Assembly (NCBI GenBank): GCA_002256025.1
Contig: NKIB01000108.1
Location: 1-35,217, forward strand
From: Asterionella formosa
Lineage: Eukaryota
DNA length: 35,217 nt
Direction: 5' to 3'
The stretch's first letter is position 1. Each line of letters begins with the position of its first letter. A program made the translations under genes and the position numbers. Positions 10,489 to 21,955 of the stretch are shown one piece after another. Below the pieces are notes generated by a model, which saw only the letters and a program-made list of their open reading frames with translations, was not told the origin of the DNA and ran no database searches.

Positions 10489-12816
10489 CTATCCGCAATT
10501 CGCATTTTCGTTGAATAAAATGTCGCGTATGCAACGTGCACTGGTTTCGACTTCTGTAATAGTGCTGTATCTCTTTGAGTCAAAAAACATATACAGCTCT
10601 CTATCGCCACTGGCGCAAGCCCACATCCACCCTTGAGCTATGTATGTGCACATTTCAAGCCCGTTTCCGTGACTGAACTCGTTAAAAGCATTGAACTCAT
10701 CGTTGATGCCTCTCGCCTCTTGAACGGAGCTCATCATATCATCAAAAGCCAAAACCACATCTTCTGACAAATGACTCGCCAGATTGTGCCTACAGTCCAC
10801 TTCAGGTGTACCAATATCGATGTTGCTGCGTAGAAAAGTATCATCTTCGTGGGCATTTTTGGTCCCTTGCCTTTTTCGAACCGACGTTCCACCCTTTGTG
10901 CCATCGCTTAGCGCACAGCAGCTCGTGAACAACACTAACTTCTCCATCGATCGGTCCACATAGACCACATGTTGCCCTTCTATCTCACTAAATGACAGGA
11001 CCGAGCCAGTGTGACCCGAATCTGCACTAATTTCCTTCACACACGCTGAAATCTCGTTGGCGAAATGCTCTAATAACACAGCTAAGGAGGACAGATTCGC
11101 GTTGGGATGAGACAAACCAAGCCCGGGCTCCATGTCAGGGGCCTTTGGAACATCCGACGTACCGCCCAGCCGATTGAAGGATAATTTCAGTCTGCCAGGG
11201 TCAATATAGAGTAAAAAGCTGTAGTCTCCATCATCGTATAGCACCACATTGACTTGTACAAAATTTCGGTCGCTCTGGTCGTCAAGGGGGATGTGTACTA
11301 CGGGAGTCCAAACATTTCCAAACAGTCCAGCATGTACCTCTTGGACGTCATCTGACACGTACAACATGGAAAGAGGTGGCGAGGTCAAGAAACGTCCCAA
11401 ATTTTTTGCTTGTTGATCTGTGTCTATTTCTAGGACGGATGCTTCATCCTTTGTTGGTCTAATGTACATTCTAGATAACCTGACGTTGAGAAAGGCAGCT
11501 TGCTGATCGTGAAGTAAGTTTCTGGTAGAAGATTGAACCGCATTCTCAATCTTTTGCCGAAACGAAGCCATGTATCCCATTAATAATGTTGCTGTCTTTT
11601 TCGATAAGCTCAGACGCGGTCCAAACTGATCGGTGGATCCTTCAAACTCCTGAATAGAAGACATTGTATGTGTATATAGGAGCTGACCCTTGAAAAATGA
11701 GCTGCTTCCGATTAAGTGCGGTGATTCCTGAGAATAGTGCTTAGCAGCAGCATCAAGAAGCGCCTGCATTGATCGGCCCAAATGAATCGATGAGAAAATG
11801 TTTGGTATTGGGGACAGATGCTGATCACTCACGCCATCGACGTGGTCAGGAATTGGTCTTGGAACAGACTCAATGAGACATCGGAAGGCGACTCCAGAAA
11901 ATGCGGACGTTCCAACGAATTCGTTGTAGTGCTCCACCAAATGTTTTCTGAGCTTGGGGATTGGTAAATCCTCTAGCATCTGTTGTATGCCGATTTCCAA
12001 TTCCATAAGTTCCTGTTGCAGCGAATGTCGCTTGACAGTCAAGAGCTCAGATGTTTTGTTTAACGTTTCACGAAGTTTCCTCGCTTCCTTTCGTCGTGTG
12101 TATAATTGTTTCATACCAGGATAGAGGAAATAATCCTCTCCATCTTCAAATTCTTTCATTTCCGGTACCATGGACGGTTGCGATCGCACCCCTTGTTGAT
12201 CAACGTCGGCAGCAAGTGAAAGTTCAGGAGGTGGGTCGTCGGTGCAATTGTCAACAATGCCCATAAACGACGTGGAATCTTGTTCCTTATGATTCCCGGT
12301 GGATTGAAAATAATTGTTACATGACATTCTATGGTGAATTCCACCACAGCGGAGTATACAGAATAGGTCGTGACATCGTTTGACAGCTGAACGAATTGCC
12401 AACGGACTGGCAGTGGCTGAGCCCAACGCCCTTGCAACTTGCACCACTGCCATAACTTTTCGACTGAAAGCCTCTTCCAGCGACACAAAGATGAGCGTTG
12501 CGTTACAAAGTTGCATTTCTTCGGTGCAATCATTCGAATCGCCCATGGCAGATGGCAGCGATCGCAACGCGGACGACAGTCCAGCGAAATGAACCGCTTC
12601 GTGTGTATTGTGGCTGGACTCGTCAGCGCCATTGAGGAAGTGAAGATTCGCATCGTAGTAGTACAGAATATGCTCACTGAGCTCTTCTATCGAAGCTCCT
12701 TCGTCTAACCCTCCGCAAATCTCAGGAAGACCTTCATGAACAATCAATAGGCGTTGTACCGGATTCGCACCATGTTCCATTCTCCGCTTCCGTGGGGCTC
12801 GCTTCGGTGACTTCAT
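10489..12816 (-). CDS. CCZ1-like tri-longin protein (Mon1-Ccz1 Rab7 GEF / HPS4-INTU family)
   Basis: N-terminal longin pattern (EHILYYY...AVHFAGLSSAL) and C-terminal third-longin pattern (EMCTYIAQGWMWACASGDRELYMFFD...ITEVE). 775-aa single-exon ORF. Confidence 0.7.
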   Translation of the reverse strand: MKSPKRAPRKRRMEHGANPVQRLLIVHEGLPEICGGLDEGASIEELSEHILYYYDANLHFLNGADESSHNTHEAVHFAGLSSALRSLPSAMGDSNDCTEEMQLCNATLIFVSLEEAFSRKVMAVVQVARALGSATASPLAIRSAVKRCHDLFCILRCGGIHHRMSCNNYFQSTGNHKEQDSTSFMGIVDNCTDDPPPELSLAADVDQQGVRSQPSMVPEMKEFEDGEDYFLYPGMKQLYTRRKEARKLRETLNKTSELLTVKRHSLQQELMELEIGIQQMLEDLPIPKLRKHLVEHYNEFVGTSAFSGVAFRCLIESVPRPIPDHVDGVSDQHLSPIPNIFSSIHLGRSMQALLDAAAKHYSQESPHLIGSSSFFKGQLLYTHTMSSIQEFEGSTDQFGPRLSLSKKTATLLMGYMASFRQKIENAVQSSTRNLLHDQQAAFLNVRLSRMYIRPTKDEASVLEIDTDQQAKNLGRFLTSPPLSMLYVSDDVQEVHAGLFGNVWTPVVHIPLDDQSDRNFVQVNVVLYDDGDYSFLLYIDPGRLKLSFNRLGGTSDVPKAPDMEPGLGLSHPNANLSSLAVLLEHFANEISACVKEISADSGHTGSVLSFSEIEGQHVVYVDRSMEKLVLFTSCCALSDGTKGGTSVRKRQGTKNAHEDDTFLRSNIDIGTPEVDCRHNLASHLSEDVVLAFDDMMSSVQEARGINDEFNAFNEFSHGNGLEMCTYIAQGWMWACASGDRELYMFFDSKRYSTITEVETSARCIRDILFNENANCG

Positions 12817-13391
12817 GTTGATTTATTGTTTTATTGGTGAACTACGAAACCATTGTCATCTTGGCAAGTTTAAATGTGGCCCTATGATATGTAAAGAGGA
12901 AAAATGCGTCGTCTGCCTTGTTCACGACTTCAACGACCTGGCATCGAGTAAGGGAAATGTCCCCGTAACAAGGACGAAGATAATTTCGAGGGCGTATACT
13001 GGTAATACATGTAAACGGTATGTACTGGTATAAAAGAAATCTTACGATATAAAACTCAAATGCTGTTCAATATACCTTTTTGCTGCACGAGAGGCTTGGC
13101 CTATAGTACACAGAAAGAAGAACAACACCACAAGTGTCACCAGGGGACTACCAGTGTCGGTGAACTAATGACTTTTTGCGTGAAATGGGTATAAGAAACG
13201 TTATGGTTGACGAAAAAAGTTTTGGGCGCTTTAAGCAAATTGGATTGATTAAACCTTGCTTTTGTGTGTACGAGAATTGAAATAATATATGAGAATAAAG
13301 CACATAAAACGCCATCCCCCGACATTTCCACCCAAAGGAAGTCGAACAACGCGTTGAAGCCAATGACGAGAAAACAAAAGAGACCGCTGTC

Positions 13392-14525
13392 CTACTGGCC
13401 GCCCCAAGCACTTGGGTCTCCACCACCGTAACCTTGTGCGGCATACATCTGTTCCGCAGTGGGGTAACCTCCTTGCTGAGCTCCCTGCTGAGCTGCCGCG
13501 GCCGCAAACGCAGCAGCATCAGGACCACTGTGAAAAACAATCGACAAGCGAAAATCGAAGGAAGTTAGTAAAAGGAAAAGTACAGAAACAGAATGAATTT
13601 AAATGAACCAAACTCACCCATAACCCATGAGCTGTTGTCCGTATCCTCCTGCTGCCATAATCTGTCCATACATGGCAGCTTGAGCAGCACTAGGAGCACC
13701 TGCACGTGACCCACTCATTCCCGCACCACCGCCCGCTCCACCACTTCCAGCCATATCACCACCCATTCCCCCCATACCACCCATGCCGTATCCTCCGTAG
13801 CCACCATACATGGCTTGCATGGCCATGGGCTGCATGGCATAGGCTTGAGCGAGATCAATACCACCATAACCGCCATAAGGTCCTCCATAGCCCCCTCCGT
13901 AAGCTCCCATCTGGAGAGCGGCTGCACTAGGATCTGCAAAGGCTGATCCAGTTCCTCCGGCCATGGCAGCAGCAGCACCAGGATAGGCTGGGGCGTTAGA
14001 CTTAGAACCGTCCGCAGCGGAGACATTTCCCGGAGCAGCAGGTGGTTTCAAAGCTGCGTCTTTGCTGTTCCAAGCAGGAGGCTTGAGAGCTTCGCTGCGC
14101 ATCTTTGCTTCTTGGCGTCCGTTGTAGGACTGCATTTCCTTCTTGTATCGTTCGGTATCTTCAGCGGCCATCTCAGAATACTTCGAGAGACGATCAGGGT
14201 CAATGTTTTTCCACCGCTGACCAATCAGCTTGCCCATCTCTTCGAAGCTGACCTTTCCACCTTCCTTCTTGAGACGAGACATCATCTCTGCCGAGATATA
14301 GTCTTCCGATTCAGGATCGCTGTTAAGTTCGGGAGGCTTAGGTTCATCGCCAAGGACGACCTTGAGAATCTTCTCACGTTCTTCCTTGAAGAAAAAGTTG
14401 TAGGCCGACAAGGGACGCTTTGGCTTGTCCTTAGGCTTCTTGCGAGTTGGACGCTTCAAGGCAGCTGCTGGAGTTTTGGACGACGACTTGGTCATTTCGG
14501 ATCCTTCTTCCTTTACCATGTTTCT
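13392..14525 (-). CDS. HMG-box protein with Gly/Tyr/Met/Ala-rich tail; exons 14525-13618 and 13527-13392, with a possible micro-exon at 15081-15073
   Basis: KPKDKPKRPLSAYNFFFKEER...SFEEMGKLIGQRWK...AAEDTERYKKEM HMG box. A GTGAGT(13617)..CAG(13528) intron continues to GGPDAAAF...AWGGQ*. Acceptor TTCCAG at 14526. The start may be the ATG at 14519 or an upstream exon. Confidence 0.9.
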
Positions 14526-17127
14526 CTGGAATTTCAAGACTTGTCAGGGTGAGTGTGGAAGTCGGGAAACATTCAGTTTACAATTTACGATTGAAAATGA
14601 ACAAATGAAGGACGCAGGTCACATGGCCTTCGCCTCTCCCAATTGCGGATCACAGTCGCCCAATCGTTGTCGCAGCGATAACACACCTCTCAATGCGCTG
14701 CAGCCGAGTCGTATGTCCGATGATGGTTCAAGGGTGATAATAAATGACAATTAGAAAATCAAACACAGTGCATTTCGAGTTACTTAGATTCAAATTTGCC
14801 AAACCGTTCGACACATATAGATTTAAATCTGCGCGTACCGTTATCCCTGTATGTATGGATGTGTATTTTTTTGTAGAAACAAGGAATTTTTTGTAGAAAC
14901 AAGCGGTTGGATACGAACTGTATTCCATCATACATACATGTTGATACACATAAAATATATACAATATGAATATGTATATATTCAAGTAGAAATAACAAGT
15001 TGAATCGAACAAGTCGAAGAAAAGAAAGCTTTGGTTGTATTTCGAACGTTTTGTTGAGCAGCGAAGGCTGACACCAGCCATGGTGATACTTTCTGCCGCT
15101 CGTTTCGATGATCGCTCACGATCGTTGCAAGTTGAGAGAATTGCGAAAGTGTTTCGTTCTTACCAATTATGTGAACCGGTTATTGATTATGGATTGATTA
15201 CTTAGATGGAGACGCGACGAGGTTCCCAGATTAGTAGGAACGATGATACTGCTTTTTGTTTAAGAAGAAATATGATGCATTTTGTGTCCTCTATCTGGTG
15301 TAGGGTCACTGTAGGTTTTGTACCAGAACATAACCAGTAAATACACCAACGATTTCTAAGAAGAAAACAGACACACGGCAAATGAGCTAAATAATCTTCT
15401 AAATGCTTCCTGTGATGTAAATTAAACGATGCTGAAAAAGTGTCAACAGTATGCGATCGATATATGCATTTTAAATAAATAAATTCTACTCGGATTATAT
15501 TTTACATGGACTGGTATGATCATGAGGAGATACCGACAAAATCGTTGGTCGTTTTATGTGTACTCCAGCATAAATAATTCAGGTCTATGGGAGACCTACT
15601 GTACATTATACACGCATACATAATGATCACAACTACCGGTAGAAATGTTTTGTCACTTAAATAACATTAGCACTATCAATTTGCAAAGGTTTACACGTTC
15701 AATCCATCCCATCCACTGATTCCTGCCCCATACATATGTAGTCTGCCTTGAATGAGTTGCAGATATCAGTACTACCAGGTACCATGTACTCCTAGCTGGT
15801 CCGTTCTGTAGTTTATTATTGCAACACCACGTCCATTTTTGATGACATGAGACTGAGAAAAGCACAAAATGAACGAGCAGTAAAGGGAAATCATTGGACT
15901 GCGTGCTGCCCGCCTCAACCACCATTTGTTTGCAGCTAGAACCTTGTCGGTTTGTCTAATGCTACAATGACCAACCTACAGCAGATTTCATTTTGTCTAT
16001 AAGTAGACTACTGGTACTTATCCCTATAGGACATGTATGGTCATTATGTTCCTCATTACTAACAGCTCAGTCCAACCCAATTGCAAAGAGTCCATGTTGT
16101 TACTGAGCAAGTAGATAATGAATTGACCCTCTTTCTCTCTATAATGTATTATAAAGCAACATGCACCACCAGTGCTGGCTTGCAGAACAAAAAGTAGATG
16201 CTAATTTTGAAATATACATAGCTAGCACTATCTATGCTTGAGATAGAAGGGGCAACTGGCTATGAGGGAATTTGGCTTGAAATGATGTCAAAGATCTTGT
16301 GTTGGTCCTTGTTCACCAGTATGATTGAACAGAGTACAATACTGAGTGTGTTGTGCTACCAGGGTACAGGGGTTCTGGCCTATTGTTATGGATAGATGCT
16401 GACACGGATAAGGGATGAACTGTAGAGCCACCTCATTGCTTCTCATTTCGCCCATGACAATAGTAACATGACCTTGCTTGGTGTGCAAAGCATGATTTCA
16501 TGTTGTCTTATGATCTTGTTTTATACCATGCTGGAATATCATACCAGGCTATAATACTAGGTAACTTGGTAGACCTATGTAGCATTAAGCTACCCGATAT
16601 CTCAGCTGGGCTGATAATTCATGTCGAATACTGGTATTTAGACTGCCTATGATGGTGTCTTTAGGACTAGTATCACCAGGTACCAGGTACCAGGTACCCG
16701 GTATGTGCATTCATGCATTGTATGATGTACAATGCAGGTCTAAATGTAGACTACCTGGTACCTCCTGGTTCACCGGACACCTGATCAGTAATCGATGATG
16801 GGGTGCCTCAAAAACATTCCTGAGTACGTGAACTGGTGGAAGGAGTTCGAATCCAAGCACCCCCCACATTGATGGGGCAGGGGGGGGCAAAGCGGCCAGA
16901 TAGGTTTTCTCCTGGTGCCTTGGAAAAGCCAGAAAAAACCCTCCTGGTACCTGGGGAGTTGCGCGTTAAAAGAAAGTTATACTTCAAGGAATACATAGCT
17001 CCGGTAGCTAAATGTCTCATCTACCGCAACTTGCTCTGATGGCTGGTTGGAGTACCACGTGCAGGTTGCCAGTACAACGGGTAATGCGACCTAGTACCAT
17101 GTAGTGTTTATGCATACCCAGGTACCT

Positions 17128-17216
17128 GCAAGTTGCGGTAATTTGCTCAGACTAAAGATTTAGCTATCTTTATCCCAGATGAACATGTTAGTTTAAGCAA
17201 AATGACCGCAACTTGC
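17128..17216. mobile_element. MITE copy 2
   Basis: TIRs GCAAGTTGCGGTAATTTGC / GCAAAATGACCGCAACTTGC and a shared AT-rich interior. Confidence 0.85.
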
Positions 17217-17231
17217 TGGTAACGGTAACCA

Positions 17232-17321
17232 GCAAGTTGCGGTAATTTTGGTGAAACTAAAGATTTAGCTACCTTTCTTTCAGATTGAAATGTTAGTTCA
17301 AGCAAAATGACCGCAACTTGC
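17232..17321. mobile_element. MITE copy 3 (tandem with copy 2, same orientation)
   Basis: TIRs GCAAGTTGCGGTAATTTTG / CAAAATGACCGCAACTTGC. A 15-bp spacer TGGTAACGGTAACCA separates it from copy 2. Confidence 0.85.
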
Positions 17322-17679
17322 AGGTACCCTGGTACCTGGTACCAGAAACTGTTACCAGACAGAGGGAGGGAGGTACCTGGTACCAGGTACCCTGGTAGCA
17401 GGTAAACCACTCTACCAGTACCAGGTACTTACTATAGCTCTATGTACCGGTATTGCATCTCCTATGAAAAGTCGATCCAAGTTCGTGTGACAAGTTCGTT
17501 TCCTTCAAAAACTGTATGTAGTATGAATGAAAGATACTCCGTGCAAAATTACAAAGAATTCATCTATAGTATTGGTATTCACGATTTCTTTTACAGGGTC
17601 TGGGCCAGTCTTCAACATCCCATTGTGCCCATTTCTCCTTCTCGGTTCTTGTCCGTTCCATTCCATTCCAATCTACAAC

Positions 17680-19510
17680 ATGATTGAGCTATCTCAATTC
17701 AAGACAACTCGCATCAGTGACAAATGTGACATCGAAGCCATAAACAGCCACGTTATCGTCGAAGCGGGCAGCCATCAGCATTCTGAATCAAATTGGCCTC
17801 TCCCTGCCATCCGCAACCAAAATCGATGTTTCGGGTTCGCCGTGACTCTTCTCCTACTGGGAGCCGCTGTCTACGTTGTCGCATTAAACTATTCACAACC
17901 GGGCCAATACGAAGTTGCAGGAGAGTATAATTCGCAGTATGGAGCAGTCTCTGATCAAGCCAACAACGCCAAGACAGAAGAAGCTCTGGAGAATAATCAG
18001 AGTGCGCAGGGGGGAGCCAGATCGCCATCAGACCATTTTCATGGCGACTCAAAGATTCCATGGCAGCATTTTCATCAAGGTGAACACGGCAGGGTACCAC
18101 CCCTCAACGGTGACAACCGAACTGCCATAAAGTGGGCTGCACAAGAAGAGCGGTGGAATCGGACGCATCCAGGACAGCCCTATCCGTATAAGCATGGGTC
18201 AGGACACTTTAATCGAACTGGCTTTAAAGGAAATCATGGCGGAAGACCAAATCATCCGGGGAAAGGTGGACATTGGGGCGACCGACCCAGTGGAATGGGG
18301 CCGGACAAGTCCCACACTGATGGCAACCATGGAATGGATTCACATGCTAGTACTCCTATTGTCGACCCTCCGACAGAGGCCCCAATGCAGACAACTTCTG
18401 TTCCAAGCAAAGCAACTCCTGCTCCAAGCAAAGCAACTGCTGCTCCAAGCAAAGCAAANNNNNNNNNNNNNNNNNNNNNNNNNNNNNNNNNNNNNNNNNN
18501 NNNNNNNNNNNNNNNNNNNNNNNNNNNNNNNNNNNNNNNNNNNNNNNNNNNNNNNNNNNNNNNNNNNNNNNNNNNNNNNNNNNNNTCCTGCTCCAAGCAA
18601 AGCAATGCTTGCCCCAGTTGAAGTGACACCGACGACAAATGGGGGACAAAAAGATTACTCTGCGTGGCATGCTGCAACTGTCAAATTGTCAGATGGTATC
18701 AAATATGAAATTCTTGAAACTATTCCGCATGATGGGGCCTCGTTTACGTAAGTTGTACGGGTATTTGGATTTGAGTCACTGCAGCGGACTGGTGTTTAAG
18801 TATACCCTGTTTTCCTAACCATTCTTCGTCGCACGTACAGTCAAGGATTAACATTCAACAATGGTACATTATATGAGTCCAGAGGTTTGTTCCAATCTTC
18901 CTCGGTTCGAATATTGAACCCAATCACTGGAGAGGTAACCAAGGAAGTGATGATCCCAGGTTCTGAGTTTGGCGAAGGCATGACTTACTATGACGGACAC
19001 TTGGTGCAAATCACCTGGAAGTCGAAAAACGGACATGTCTACTCGGCCATCGATCTAGGAAAGGAACTTGATTTTACGTATACTACGACAAAATTCAATG
19101 AGGGATGGGGTATCACACATGACACAGAGCGTAATGAATTGATAGTGACTGACGGGTCAAACAATTTGGTAATTTGGGAGCCTACATGTTGGAAAACTGG
19201 TGTCTGTACTCCGATCCGAACGATATCATGCTTTCGACAAAATGGGAGCCCTGCTACGAACTTAAATGAAATTGAGTTCTGGCGAGGAAGGGTTTTGGCA
19301 AATGTTTGGTACCAAGATGTTTTGCTGGTGATTCATCCGGAGACTGGAGTGGTGGAAAAGGAATATGATATGTCACAGCTTTGGCCCGCAGCAATGCGAA
19401 ATGCGGGTGCTGATGTTTTCAACGGAATCTCCATCAGTGATGATCCTGATGTTTTGTACGTGACTGGGAAGCAATGGGCAAAAATGTTCAGGATAAAATT
19501 ATTGATATAA
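17680..19510 (+). CDS. Type II membrane-anchored glutaminyl cyclase (glutamine cyclotransferase, plant/bacterial beta-propeller type); exons 17680-18747 (contains N gap) and 18841-19510
   Basis: Splicing GT(18748)-AG(18840) gives HDGASFTQGL...LYES. Further motifs are FGEG, EGWGITHD, TDGS, LNEIE, ANVW, NGI and VTGKQW. The N-terminal TM segment is FGFAVTLLLLGAAVYVVAL. Confidence 0.88.
18402..18604 (+). repeat. 21-bp coding tandem repeat (APSKAT[P/A]) spanning an assembly gap
   Basis: Units of (G)CTCCAAGCAAAGCAACT(C/G)CT occur on both sides of the N run 18459-18585. Copy number is unknown. Confidence 0.85.
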
Positions 19511-19763
19511 TCATGTATTGATTTTTTTCATTTTGTTTTCAACCCGGCAACGTTGCTCGCAAACGAAGTATAGATCTATTCTGTTGTATTAAATATTAAT
19601 CACTCTAAGTTCGAAACTTATTTTATTCAACACAATAGCTTTTATAAATATACTGCACAAAGATCTTGTACTAAACGTACGCAGATTCATCGGCGAGCCC
19701 GGATTTCGTGCAATTTAGCTTGACAACATCTGCCCATGCAAGGCAATCATTGAGATCATTACA

Positions 19764-21955
19764 CTATGGATCGACGAGTCGTCCATCAATCACACAATAT
19801 GTGACAACCTTCTGGTCTGTGGGAAGTGCATAGTCTACTGCATTCTGGTAGGTTCCACCGCTATAACTTCCAATCCGGTAATTATCGTCTGCGACAGTCG
19901 CCAACTTCTGGTATGCGGCTTCGTTTCGGGTGTTCCGTATGATATAGCAAAATGAAACAACAAATGTTGCAAACAAGATCGCCACAATGGTCTTCAGACT
20001 TTGTGGAACATAAATCCAGTCCACTGAAGAAAAGTGAGACGACGACGCATGCAAAACGTCAATGTATGCATCATTTCAAAAATCTTACATTTTAGAGCGA
20101 TCGTAGGTTCCGAGAAATTGTCAAAGCCAGAATGAGATAAACATCGTGGACCAGTGAACCCATCATTACACTTGCATTCTTTGTTTACACAGTGGCCGCG
20201 CTTGCGGCTTCCACATGCGGTATCGTTGTAACATGGTCCTCCTCCAGTTGCAACCGGCAAGAGTGGACGCTTCTGGTCTCCTTCCATGTACCGCTTAGCA
20301 TGTCCCTGGATGAACAAAGATGATGGTCTTTCCTCCGTCGAGCACCCAAGCATATGCTTGGAATCGTTGACAGCCTGCCAAACTCGAACATAATCGATTT
20401 CAAAGCTGGCCGGGAAGTTTTCACAGTATCCATCGGGCATCCCACATGCACACTTGGGGTTGCCACATTCAAAGCATTCGCAGCTGCAACCCTCAGGACA
20501 TGGAGCTGGGAAGCCCCAATGACTTGAAACGGCAGTGTTCATGAGCAAATACATCGGTTCACTAGGAATTTCTGTTTCCATTAAACCCAAACTGTCTCCA
20601 AGGACACCGTACACAAGCTCATTGTCATTGTACCACTTGATGTAGCCTCCAGTTCCGTCGCTTTCGGGGGGCTCCCACTCAATTCGATAGATGTGTTGAT
20701 CACTATAGTGAGACTTGTCCAAATGCATGTTGGCAGAAAGAGCATCAGCCTGGTAGGTGTATACTTCGGGCTCATGAACAAGTGTTACTCCATAAAAGAA
20801 AGGATTTAATTCAGCTTCCGTCGTATTTCCGTATTCCAAATCTGTGTACCAGTGGTCTTCATGGGGAAGCGACCCAAGAACAGGTCGATCTTCCTTGAAT
20901 CCCGGAGCAATCTATGGATCGTTTTAAATGAAAGGGTGAGATGCCAACGCTTGAAAATTTTAAATTATCAACTATCAACTCACCTGTAGTGAGCAAGAGA
21001 GGTATGGTCTGCTAACATTCGTATTTGGGAGCTTCTCCGAAGGATCCCCTTGCATCGCCTCGAGAATGTCGATTTCCGGGGCACCTCGCCCTCGCCCCGC
21101 TTGCATCCCGTAATGATTAACTTTCGAGCAAGCGTTTATTTCTTGACTCATTCTTCCTTTTTCGCTGCACTTGCTATAACTATAGGGCCACATGTAATCC
21201 GATGAACCAACATACGTTGCTCTAGCTAGGTTTCCAAGAAGCCATACTGACGAAGCAAAACTGAAGGTGTGAATTAAAAATGCACAGGAAGGCCTCCTAA
21301 GATCTTTGATCAGTACTTACGAGCAGGCCAGAGTCCCCCAGTCGTTGGTTTTCCCGGTAGCTTAGCAGAAAACTCAACGATCCCTCCAGTTACACAGAAT
21401 TTGTTCCATCCTTGAACCATGGCAGATTGCACGTGCTTCGTGTCTGCATAGAACTTCTTTGTCTTCTCATCGAACGCTTTATATAAGTTTTCTTTCAACT
21501 CTGTGGTGATGTTCAACACGCCGCTTTCTGTTTTTACATTTTCATCACTGTAGTAGTGGAGGGCGGAATTGGTATCTGTTGACAGACGAATTAGACTAAA
21601 TGCCAAGCTTTCAGGACGACCAAAAACGCGACACTCTAAACTTACAATCATTCTTATTGATGGCAGTCCATCTAGGATCCTCTCCGTCCTTGAATGTACG
21701 GCCTTGTGTCTCAAATTCATCAGAAAAAACCTGAAACAAACACAAAATTCAGTTCCAGCATCTATAATTGACGAGCGCACTGGCGGAAATATGACTTACC
21801 AGTTCATATCGTCGACCATCTCCAGGCGTCAGAGGCTTTGTCATCTGAACGTCCTTCGGGGAATCAGGATCTACCCATCCGGCTTCGACTCTTCCAAACA
21901 CAAAACACAAAGCAACAATAACAGAAAATAAAAAGGTATTTCTTGACACTTTCAT
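19764..21955 (-). CDS. KRE6/SKN1-type GH16 beta-1,6-transglycosylase (diatom TGS-like, chrysolaminarin branching); exons 21955-21800, 21730-21646, 21575-21321, 21246-20984, 20911-20089, 20023-19764
   Basis: Signal peptide, then GWVDPD, LVFSDEF, QSAMVQGWNKFC, GLWPALWLLGNLARA, catalytic GRGAPEIDILE, IPSEPMYLLMN and FEIDYVRVWQ, followed by an EGF-like Cys module, a TM helix and a tail containing YQKL. All five introns are GT-AG and frame-restoring. Confidence 0.9.

Noticed and set aside
12051..12708. Multiple short antisense or alternative-frame ORFs inside long genes (also 24393-26830)
   Set aside because: They are shadow ORFs with no motifs, fully explained by the main coding frame.
14700..14745. 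TPP riboswitch-like ACCCTTGAACC on the minus strand in the HMG upstream region
   Set aside because: It lacks the upstream CTGAGA and the following CTGAT...GCG.AGGGA elements of the TPP aptamer.
17128..17321. CRISPR-like repeat-spacer array
   Set aside because: The context is eukaryotic, the units are TIR-bounded with homologous interiors rather than unique spacers, and no cas genes are present.
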